Shown in pieces: positions 48,936 through 57,330 of a stretch of 64,000 bases of DNA; within the stretch, counting starts at the first letter, position 1, and each line of letters starts with the position of its first letter. Source of the stretch: Candidatus Latescibacterota bacterium. Lineage in GTDB: Bacteria > Latescibacterota > UBA2968 > GCA-2709665. The stretch is taken from assembly GCA_965222075.1 (NCBI GenBank), contig OZ244937.1, positions 4,832,001 through 4,896,000 of the forward strand, in the 5' to 3' direction. The position numbers and the translations under genes are program-made. The notes below the pieces were generated by a model. It saw only the letters and a program-made list of their open reading frames with translations. It had not been told where the DNA came from and made no database searches.

Positions 48936-49156
48936 GGATTCAGGACTCGATGCCGGAGGCGTCAGCCTCTTCCGAAAAACGCGGTTCAACTGGGTGAAGG
49001 GCTTGAATGGGTTGTGTTTTGAGCTGCCGGTGTGTTAACCCCATATCGGCGATGATTCCCGACGGTGAGACTTATCAGGAGGGCAACACCCAGCAGGCCT
49101 ACGGCCTGTCGGATGCCGGGATAGTGCGTTTGGATGTCTGGGGACAAAAGATTCTC

Positions 49157-50227
49157 CTATTCAAGCAGGCGTTTTTTACGGGATTTGAAGGAGGCCGCCA
49201 AGCGTTTTTTCACAGGGCTTCGTGTTTCTCCGAACGGTGGGTTCAGGGCCAGCGCGGCGCAGAGGTCAACCATGCCGGCTGCATCAAAGGCGGAGATGTA
49301 TTCTTCGGCCGGCCAGCGTTTGCCAATGTTATGATAATTGCCCAGGGGGAAAGCGAGGGCGCCCACGGCCATGTCGTAGAGGATGTAGAGGGTGGCTTCG
49401 CAGACACCGCCACTCATGAGCTGGCGCTGGAATTTGAATTTTCGATTTTTTTCCCGCAGGCCCTGAGCAATGCTGTGGATGGTGTACTCAACCCGGGGGT
49501 CGAAGACGCTCATGGCATCACCCACACGGATGACGGGCCCGGCGCCGATTTCAGCGCCGGGCAGAGCTTTGCTGGTTTCCAGTACGATGATGGGTACCCG
49601 TTTGGGTACGGTTTGGGCCTGTACAATGCCGCCGGCGCCAAGCAGGCCAACCTCTTCGGCGCGGGTGAAAACACCCCACAGGTCGGCGCTGGCTTTTGTG
49701 CGATGAAGCCGGTCCAGCGCAGCCAGGATGGCGGCGCAGCTTGCCAGATTGTCCGCGCCCTTGGTTCGGATGAGGTCGCCGTCGAAGACAACCGGTTTGA
49801 GCCGCCAGTAGCCAAAGGCGCCTTCAGGTTGGGGCAGCGGGCGGGCGGCACGGACGGCAAAGGTTTTGTCATCGCTCAAGGGCGAGGCGGCTTTGCCGGG
49901 GATCTCTTCTTCACCGGAGATGAGGGTGATGCGGCCGCCGGGAAAATGGCGTGCATCACATGCGCCCAGCCAGCGGGCGGTGAGGTCGCGTCCGTTGGCG
50001 CCGAGGATTTCACAGCCGGGGTGGTCCATGTGGGCAGTCAAGGCAACCGATTTGGGACGGTTGCCGTTTTTGTAGCGGAAGACCATGTTGCCGTACGGGT
50101 CTGTTTTGATCGGGATGTTTCGTCGCTTGGCAAAGGCCCGGATAAAAGCGGCAACAGCGTCTTCATGATAGGGCGCAGTGGGGAGAGAGAGGACGTTCCG
50201 GAAGATTTTTTTGAGGGATTTGTTCAC
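49157..50227 (-). CDS. M28/M42-type metallopeptidase
   Basis: AHMDH, GADN, RAEEVG, YHN. Confidence 0.8.
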   Translation of the reverse strand: MNKSLKKIFRNVLSLPTAPYHEDAVAAFIRAFAKRRNIPIKTDPYGNMVFRYKNGNRPKSVALTAHMDHPGCEILGANGRDLTARWLGACDARHFPGGRITLISGEEEIPGKAASPLSDDKTFAVRAARPLPQPEGAFGYWRLKPVVFDGDLIRTKGADNLASCAAILAALDRLHRTKASADLWGVFTRAEEVGLLGAGGIVQAQTVPKRVPIIVLETSKALPGAEIGAGPVIRVGDAMSVFDPRVEYTIHSIAQGLREKNRKFKFQRQLMSGGVCEATLYILYDMAVGALAFPLGNYHNIGKRWPAEEYISAFDAAGMVDLCAALALNPPFGETRSPVKKRLAASFKSRKKRLLE

Positions 50228-50325
50228 TGAGAGATTCCTTTAGAGCGTGAGGCGGCAGACGTGTGCCGCATCCACCCCGCAGGCCTGGGCGGTTCTTCCC
50301 TTTACGCTTCGCCCACTGCCTGCTA

Positions 50326-51795
50326 TTAAGCGCTTTTGGTCCAGCGGGTGATGGTGACTTTTTGACGGGTGAAAAAGGAGATGCCTTCGTGGCCCTGGAC
50401 GTGCAGGTCGCCAAAAAAGGAGTTGTTCCAGCCGGAGAAGGGAAAAAAGGCCATGGGAGCTGGAACGCCGGTGTTGATGCCGACCATGCCGGCGTTGATG
50501 TTGTGGCGGAATTTGCGTGCGGCGCCTCCGCTTTCGGTAAAGACTACGGCGGCGTTGCCGTAGCCGCTGTTATTACAGTTTTGGATGGCGGCGTCCAGGT
50601 CATCGGCTCGCATGACCGAGAGGACGGGGCCAAAGATTTCGTCTCGGGCGACTTGCATTTGCGGTTGAACGTGGTCGAAGATGGTGGGGCCCAGGTAGAA
50701 GCCGTTCGGGCATGTGTGTACGACCACTTCCCGGCCGTCTACAATCAGATTGGCGCCTTCGGAGAGGCCGGTGTGGATGGAGGCGCGTACTTTTTCGAGG
50801 TGCTGGGGAGTGACGAGTGGACCCATCTGGGCATTGGGATCTCTGTCGGTGGGACCCACACGAAGACCGCGGGCGGCGTTGCTGAGGAGGGGGAGAAAGC
50901 GTTCGGCGGCATCGTGCGTGCAGACGAGGACACTGCCGGCCATGCAGCGTTCGCCGGCACAGCCATAAGCGGAGCCCATGACGGCGTCTACGGTGGCGTC
51001 CGGTTCGGCATCCGGCAGGACGATCATGTAATTTTTGGCACCCCCGGCAGATTGTACTCGTTTGCCGTTTCGGGTGGCGGTTTCGTAGATGTATTTGGCA
51101 ACGGGGGTGGAGCCGACAAAGGAGACGGTGCGTACGTCCGGATGGCTGAGCAGGGTATCGACGGCTTCACGGCCTCCGTGTACGAGGTTCAGAACACCAG
51201 GGGGCAGGCCGGCTTCGGATAAGAGTTGGACCATACGGATGGCGCTTAAGGGCACTTTTTCGGAGGGTTTGAGCACAAAGGTATTGCCACAGACGAGGGC
51301 GATCGGTAGGGTCCAGAGGGGGACCATGACGGGGAAGTTGAAGGGGGTGATGGCCACGGAGACGCCCAGGGGCTGGCGGATGGTGTCGCAGTCGATGTCC
51401 CGGGCGATGTTTTCCAGGGCTTCGCCCATCAGGAGGGAGGGCGCGCCGCAGGCGAATTCGACGACTTCGATGCCCCGGCGGACCGAGCCTCTGGATTCGT
51501 CCAGGGTTTTGCCGTGTTCGCGGGTGACGATTTGGGAAAGGTCTTCGTAGTGTTTCTCCAGAAGTTCTTTAAAGCGAAACATGAGCCGGGCGCGTTCGAG
51601 GGCGGGGGTTTCGGCCCAGGCCGGGAAGGCGGCGCTTGCGGCTTTGACGGCGCGGTCGATTTCACCGGCGCCGCACATGGGAGTGGCGGAGATCTGGACG
51701 CCTTCCGAGGGGTTGTAGACCGGTTCGGTTTCGGTTTGGGTGGAGGTGATCCATTCGCCGTTGATGAATAGAGGACAGGGTTCGAGTGTTGGCAT
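50326..51795 (-). CDS. mmsA: CoA-acylating methylmalonate-semialdehyde dehydrogenase
   Basis: ITPFNFP, KPSEKVP, GGAKN, GCAGERCMA, EIFGP, FPFSGW..SFFGDLH. Confidence 0.9.
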   Translation of the reverse strand: MPTLEPCPLFINGEWITSTQTETEPVYNPSEGVQISATPMCGAGEIDRAVKAASAAFPAWAETPALERARLMFRFKELLEKHYEDLSQIVTREHGKTLDESRGSVRRGIEVVEFACGAPSLLMGEALENIARDIDCDTIRQPLGVSVAITPFNFPVMVPLWTLPIALVCGNTFVLKPSEKVPLSAIRMVQLLSEAGLPPGVLNLVHGGREAVDTLLSHPDVRTVSFVGSTPVAKYIYETATRNGKRVQSAGGAKNYMIVLPDAEPDATVDAVMGSAYGCAGERCMAGSVLVCTHDAAERFLPLLSNAARGLRVGPTDRDPNAQMGPLVTPQHLEKVRASIHTGLSEGANLIVDGREVVVHTCPNGFYLGPTIFDHVQPQMQVARDEIFGPVLSVMRADDLDAAIQNCNNSGYGNAAVVFTESGGAARKFRHNINAGMVGINTGVPAPMAFFPFSGWNNSFFGDLHVQGHEGISFFTRQKVTITRWTKSA

Positions 51796-52011
51796 TGGAG
51801 TATCTCCTGCTTTATTACGAAAAGGAAAAAACGCCACGGAAGCACACAGAAAGGGCCTTCGGAGGATCATTCAGGCTCTGAGCCAGAGGATAGAAAAGGG
51901 CGGAATACGCGCCACTCACAACTCGCTACGGGTTTCAACCGTATCCGGACGGCTTCCCACGGAGGGTGGTGCCATGAGGCAAGGGACGGTTCCGTATCTG
52001 TTTTTCGTTCT

Positions 52012-53133
52012 TCAGTGTACTCGAAATGCCGGGACTTCGCCGGGAACCGGGGAGTTATCGAAGGCGCCCCGGTTTCGTACGGCTTCTTCGCCGCCGAAGG
52101 TTTCGATTCTGGCCTGCTGGCCGGCTTTTGCGCGGGCGTCCGTGGCTTCGGGGTTCAGAAGGTCGCGGAGCTGCCGGTCAAAATTTCTTAAGGTGGTTTG
52201 ATGGTCCGGTGAGGCCGAGAGGTCGTTTGTTTCATCCGGGTCGGTTTCGAGGTTGAAGAGCTGGTGTGGGTTATTGACATAATATATGTATTTGCAGGTT
52301 TGATTGCGAAGCATGTAGATGGCGTTTTGGGAGCCGACGGCGTGATATTCGCTGAAGACGGTTCGATCCGTTTCGGGCTGTTGGGCGATTTGCCAGAGGG
52401 AACTGCCGGGAAGGTTATGGCCTTCGGATTCGCCGGTGACGGATTCGAGTACGGTGGGAAAGCAGTCCACGAGGGATACGGGTGTGTTGACAATATGGCC
52501 CTGTGGAACGTCCGGGCCCGCAAGGATGAGGGGGATGGAAGCGGCTTCTTCGTACATCGTGAATTTGCCGAAGAGGCCACGGGCGCCCAGGGATTCGCCG
52601 TGGTCCGAGGTATAGAGGATGCGGGTGGTGTTGTCCAGGTTGTGTTCTGCGAGTGTGTTCAGGACACGGCCGATCTGGCGGTCCAGGTGGGTGCAAATGC
52701 CGTAATAGGCGGCGGTGAGGTTGCGCAGTTCGGTTTCGGTAAAGGGCTGATCGAAGTGGAAGAAGCGCCGGAAATAGTGGATGTCCGGATGGTCGGGCCA
52801 TGCGTCGGGCTGCCACTGGGCGGGTAGAGGGAGTTGATCTGGAGGATAGCTATCATAAAGATCGGGGGGGGAGATGTAGGGCGGATGGGGGCAGACGAAG
52901 GAGAGAAAGAGCACCCAGGGTTTGTGGTCGTTTTTATGCTCGGCCAGCCAGCGGCAGGCACGGTCGGCGTTGGAGATGTCGTACTGGAGATAGGTGGAGT
53001 CACTGGTGAAGCGTGTGCCGCGTTCGGCTAAGCGGTCGATGTTGGGCGTTTGGACAACCGGGTGGCCGTAGCAGCCGGTGATGTCGCGTGTGTGCTGGTC
53101 GGAGAGGATGAAGAGCAGGTTGGTGGGGTTCAT
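52012..53133 (-). pseudogene. Choline-sulfatase-like protein with in-frame internal deletion
   Basis: ILSDQH..TPNIDRLAERGTRFT joins directly to SDSTYLQYD. No CxPxR motif, while PHPP, TSDHGE, KFTMYE and DPDE are present. Confidence 0.8.
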
Positions 53134-53307
53134 CCGTTTTGTTCCTCAGTAGCATCCATTTCTAGCTCTCCCAACTATAATTTGGTTGTTATATAATGGC
53201 TCAGGAGTATGGTGTTCGAGTGTGTTCAGACCGGGGGCCGGTTTCTGGCACGCAGGTAAAAGAGAGGTATACACCCCGATGGACGGCGTGCGACAGTACG
53301 ACAGCCG

Positions 53308-53904
53308 TTATCGGGGGCCTCGCTCCCAGTGGTGGATGAATGTTTCCATGTCCACACCCAGCGCATCCGCTACCCGGTTGATGTAATTGAAATAGCCGAT
53401 AATCTGCGTGGCGTCGTGAATGGCGGCATCGTCAAAACCGTGGCGGCGCAATGTGGCGATATCCGCTTCGGCCATGGTTTCCGGATGCCTGGTCAGCTTT
53501 TCGGCATATGTGCACAAGGCCTGGTCGGCCGGGCTCAGGCCGGCCTGCCGCCAGTCGGTGGCGATCCGGTGTACGTACAGGTCCACGGCTGCCTCATCCT
53601 CCAATCCGAAATCGTGTACGGCCTCTGCCCGGAGGTCGTGTGCATGCGAGCGAATTCAGTAGACGCAGCAGTTTTGGGCCGAGACCACCACGGCCAGCAC
53701 CTCGCGCTGACCCCGGCTGAGCGGAGAGGGGCCGTGCATCAGGACACTGTAGAAATCCATTGACGCTTTCAGGGCACGTGGATTCTGGCTCATTGCACTG
53801 ACGATGTTCCAGACTCGACCCGCCCGTTTCAAGGCCGCGTCATACTGTTTCTTGAGAAACCCCGCTGCCTTGTTTATCGAAATGACTTCAATCCACATGG
53901 TCAT
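53308..53904 (-). CDS. AhpD/CMD peroxidase-related protein, putative selenoprotein (CxxU)
   Basis: Track ORFs 53656-53904 and 53308-53604 are one 199-codon frame with a single TGA: SAQNCCVY-U-IRSHAHDL...YAEKLT..GYFNYINRVADALG. Confidence 0.85.
53618..53639 (-). other. Candidate bacterial SECIS hairpin
   Basis: ACGACCTC-CGGGCA-GAGGCCGT starts 16 nt after the TGA; G at loop position 2. Confidence 0.55.
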
Positions 53905-54025
53905 ACCCGGTTTCAGGAACTTATGGCGGTTTGAGGTATCTAATCGGTTGGTTGCATAATATATGTCTCCAGTGCGTGTCAGACCAAAGACTTTTCAAGC
54001 CGGGCAATCCCATAGGAGGCAGCTG

Positions 54026-56263
54026 GTGAGGCGAACGCTGTTTGCCTTTATGGTGGCGCTGATGCCCTTACAGGTTTCGGCTGCAACGTTGAGCGGGTTT
54101 ATTACGGATAAAGGCAGTGGGGAGTCCCTGCCTTACTCCAATGTGGTTTTAAAGTGGGACGGCCCAATGCTGGGGGCTTTAAGCAATGTGGACGGATATT
54201 ATGCCATCAAGAACATACCGCCCGGCGTCTATACGCTGGTCGTCTTCTACATCGGTTATACAGATTTCCAGGATACCCTCAGGTTTGAGGGTCCCGAGGA
54301 GGTGCAGCTGGAGATTTCCCTGACGCCCGAACCGATTGTGACCGAGGAGATTGTGGTTGAGGCCGACCCATATGAAGAGGAGCGGGTCGTGCAGACGGGG
54401 TTTGTTGCGCTGGAGGCCCAGAAACTGCAGGAACTGCCGTCAATCGGGGAGCCCGATATTCTGCGCAGTTTGCAGTTGCTGCCGGGAATTCAATCAGCCT
54501 CGGATATCAGCACCGGGCTTTATATCCGCGGGGGAGGACCGGATCAGACTCTGATTTTGCTGGATCAGATCCCGCTTTACAATCCGTCTCACGCGTTCGG
54601 GTTTTTTTCCACGTTTAATCCGGATGCGATCAAGGATATGAGCCTGCACAAGGGGGCCTATCCGGCCCGGTACGGCGGACGGCTGGGGTCGGTGTTGGAC
54701 GTGCACAACCGGGACGGAAACCGGAAGGATTTTCAGGGTACGGGTGGGGTGAGCCTGATTTCAGCGCGGCTGACGCTGGAGGGGCCGGTTCGGAAGGGGT
54801 CCTGGATGGTGTCGGGCCGCCGGACCTATATGGAGCCGATTCTGTCATTGATTCGGAATGACAGCACGGATGTGCCGTCCTACTTTTTTTACGATTTGAA
54901 CGCCAAGCTCAATCAGGATCTGACCGAACGAGACAAGCTGATGTTGAGCGGGTATTTCGGCCGGGACGATCTGAATTTCGATCTGGACGAAGGGACTTTT
55001 TTCAACATCCGCTGGGGGAACTCGGCCTTTACGGGGCGGTGGACCCACGTTTTCTCTCCGGCGGTGTTCGGAAATTTTATGGTGGCCGGCAGCAAGTATA
55101 CCAGCACGACATCGCTGAGTATTTTCAAGACGCCCATCCTGTTTTTCAACAGCATCCGGGATGTGACGGTGAAGGGGGACCTGGACTATTTTGCCAGCAG
55201 CCGGCATGCGCTTACGGCCGGCGTTCTGGCTACGTGGTATGACTTTACGTTCAAACAGGTGTTCAACCAGGAACCCCTGCTCGACCTTCAGGAGCGGCCT
55301 TTTCTGTTCGCGTTCTACGCGCAGGATCTGTGGCAGCCTTATTCGCACACCAGCATCCGGCTGGGGGTGCGGTCCAACTATTTCAGCGAAGGAGAGCGTT
55401 TCCAGGTGGAGCCGCGTTTCTCCCTGAGCCATCAACTGAAGCCCGATATGAGGGTCAAGTTGGGCGGCGGGTTCTACCACCAGTACCTGCATCTGGTAAC
55501 GAGCGAAGGGTTCAGCGGGGGCGATTTCTGGGTGCCGCTGGACCATACGGTGCAGCCGGGGCGTTCCTGGCAGGGGGTGGCCGGTTTTGAGTGGGAGCCT
55601 TCCAAACGCTACCAGTTGTCTTTAGAGGGATATTATACGGACCTGGTAAATCTGGTTGTGCTGGACAACAGGGTCGCCGTAGACAGTCGGGATACGACCT
55701 CTGACGATGTTTTTGTATCCGGCGGGAAGGGCTTCGCCACCGGGGTGGAGGTCTTTCTGCAGCGGCGTACCGGGGCGCTGACCGGGTGGGTGGGGTATAC
55801 GCTGGGATGGACGCGGCGGACGTTTACAGAGCTGAACGGGGGACGCCGGTTTCCGCCCAAGTACGACCGGCGTCACGACCTCTCCTTTGTGACCAGCTAT
55901 AAGGTGGACCGGTGGTCCTTTGGCGCAAACCTGCTCTATGGCACCGGGCAGGCCTATACCCCGGCCTCGGTGCGGTATACGCTGCGTTCGCCGGCGACGG
56001 GGGCGTTTTTGAAGGACGATTTTGTGCTCCCCGCAGACCGCAACAGCGCCCGCCTGCTGCCCTACCACCGCGTCGATCTGAACATCAAGCGGCGGTTCCG
56101 GCTCTTCGGCAGCGAGGCCGAGGCATTTCTCCAGGTCTTTAATGTGTACAACCGCCGGAATGAGTGGTTTGTGCAGTACAATGCAGACGATCCGGAGACC
56201 GAGCCGGAGGTGATCAAGATGCTGCCGATTGTGCCGACGCTGGGGATCAATTTTGCGTTTTAG
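54026..56263 (+). CDS. TonB-dependent receptor
   Basis: GTG start after GGAGG; carboxypeptidase-like N domain, GEPDILRSLQLLPG plug, YGGRLGSVLD, C-terminal F. Confidence 0.92.
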   Translation: MRRTLFAFMVALMPLQVSAATLSGFITDKGSGESLPYSNVVLKWDGPMLGALSNVDGYYAIKNIPPGVYTLVVFYIGYTDFQDTLRFEGPEEVQLEISLTPEPIVTEEIVVEADPYEEERVVQTGFVALEAQKLQELPSIGEPDILRSLQLLPGIQSASDISTGLYIRGGGPDQTLILLDQIPLYNPSHAFGFFSTFNPDAIKDMSLHKGAYPARYGGRLGSVLDVHNRDGNRKDFQGTGGVSLISARLTLEGPVRKGSWMVSGRRTYMEPILSLIRNDSTDVPSYFFYDLNAKLNQDLTERDKLMLSGYFGRDDLNFDLDEGTFFNIRWGNSAFTGRWTHVFSPAVFGNFMVAGSKYTSTTSLSIFKTPILFFNSIRDVTVKGDLDYFASSRHALTAGVLATWYDFTFKQVFNQEPLLDLQERPFLFAFYAQDLWQPYSHTSIRLGVRSNYFSEGERFQVEPRFSLSHQLKPDMRVKLGGGFYHQYLHLVTSEGFSGGDFWVPLDHTVQPGRSWQGVAGFEWEPSKRYQLSLEGYYTDLVNLVVLDNRVAVDSRDTTSDDVFVSGGKGFATGVEVFLQRRTGALTGWVGYTLGWTRRTFTELNGGRRFPPKYDRRHDLSFVTSYKVDRWSFGANLLYGTGQAYTPASVRYTLRSPATGAFLKDDFVLPADRNSARLLPYHRVDLNIKRRFRLFGSEAEAFLQVFNVYNRRNEWFVQYNADDPETEPEVIKMLPIVPTLGINFAF

Positions 56264-56311
56264 CCTGGTTTTAAAAAGCGCTACGGAAAGACACGGAAGG
56301 TCAGGTATAGG

Positions 56312-57238
56312 ATGATGATGCGATGGGCACTTATGCTTTGCTGTTTGCTGGCGGCTGGCTGTGCGGCAAATCGGGAGCCGGGTGAACTTTTTGGGCCTTC
56401 GGAAGCCGGTACGCTGGTGGTGGATGCGCTGTTGATTGTGGACCATCCGCTGCCCGATCTGTTTGTGCGGCAGACGGTTGCGCCGGGGGTGAGGTATATC
56501 GATGCGGTCTCGGCGGTGACGGACGCCCAGGTAGAGGTCCGGCAGGGAGCGCAGGTGTTCCGGTACCGGGCCGATCCCGATTCCCTGGGGCGGTACCTGC
56601 CGCCGGAGGGTCCTCCGCCGGTGATGCCGAATACGGAGTATGAGCTGAGGGTTCGGTCGGAGGAACGGGAGGCGCGCGCAGCCACGCGAACGCCGGGTCG
56701 TTTTCAGATCCGGGAAGCGGTTTTGCTGGATGGGAAGCCCCTGGAGGTAAGGCGAAAATTCAAGACATTTATCGACGGGGCCGACCAGGTTTTCACGGCG
56801 CCCGAGAACCAGGTGATTTACCAGGACGGTCTGTTAGAGATCCGGTTCCAGCCGATTGATGTGCCCGGCTACCAGGTGGGGATTATCAGCTTAGACCGAA
56901 ATTCGGAACGCGTGCTTGAGGCGGATTTCTTAGAAGAGGAGGACTACGAGGATCTGGAGCGACAGGCAAGCTCCCCGGCGTTCGTGGCGCCGGACGGGAA
57001 GCTGCGCCTGCCCTGGTTCGCGGTCTTTTTTTTGGGCCGGCACATGATCAGGGTTTATGCGCTGGACAAAAACTGGTTTGACTTTGTGCGCTCCAGTCCG
57101 GAGAACCAGGAGGGCAATTTCGGCGGGCTGGCCGGGGACAATTTTGAACGGCCTCTGTTTCACGTAGAGGGAGGAATCGGCCTGTTCGGGTCGGCATCGA
57201 TGGATTCGCTGGGGTTTATGGTGGTGCCGAAAGAATGA
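56312..57238 (+). CDS. DUF4249-like lipoprotein
   Basis: Lipobox LAAGC; C-terminal HVEGGIGLFGS; directly follows the TBDR. Confidence 0.75.
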   Translation: MMMRWALMLCCLLAAGCAANREPGELFGPSEAGTLVVDALLIVDHPLPDLFVRQTVAPGVRYIDAVSAVTDAQVEVRQGAQVFRYRADPDSLGRYLPPEGPPPVMPNTEYELRVRSEEREARAATRTPGRFQIREAVLLDGKPLEVRRKFKTFIDGADQVFTAPENQVIYQDGLLEIRFQPIDVPGYQVGIISLDRNSERVLEADFLEEEDYEDLERQASSPAFVAPDGKLRLPWFAVFFLGRHMIRVYALDKNWFDFVRSSPENQEGNFGGLAGDNFERPLFHVEGGIGLFGSASMDSLGFMVVPKE

Positions 57239-57269
57239 GTAGGAGTCGCGAGTCCCCTGCCCCTCCGCC

Positions 57270-57307
57270 GCTTTTGACTTTGACTTGCGACTCACGACTT
57301 GTGACTG
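57270..57307. repeat. Degenerate 6-7 nt tandem repeat (TGACTT-like)
   Basis: TGACTT TGACTT GCGACTC ACGACTT GTGACT. Confidence 0.5.
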
Positions 57308-57330
57308 GGGTGGTGGAGAAAGGGGAGGCA

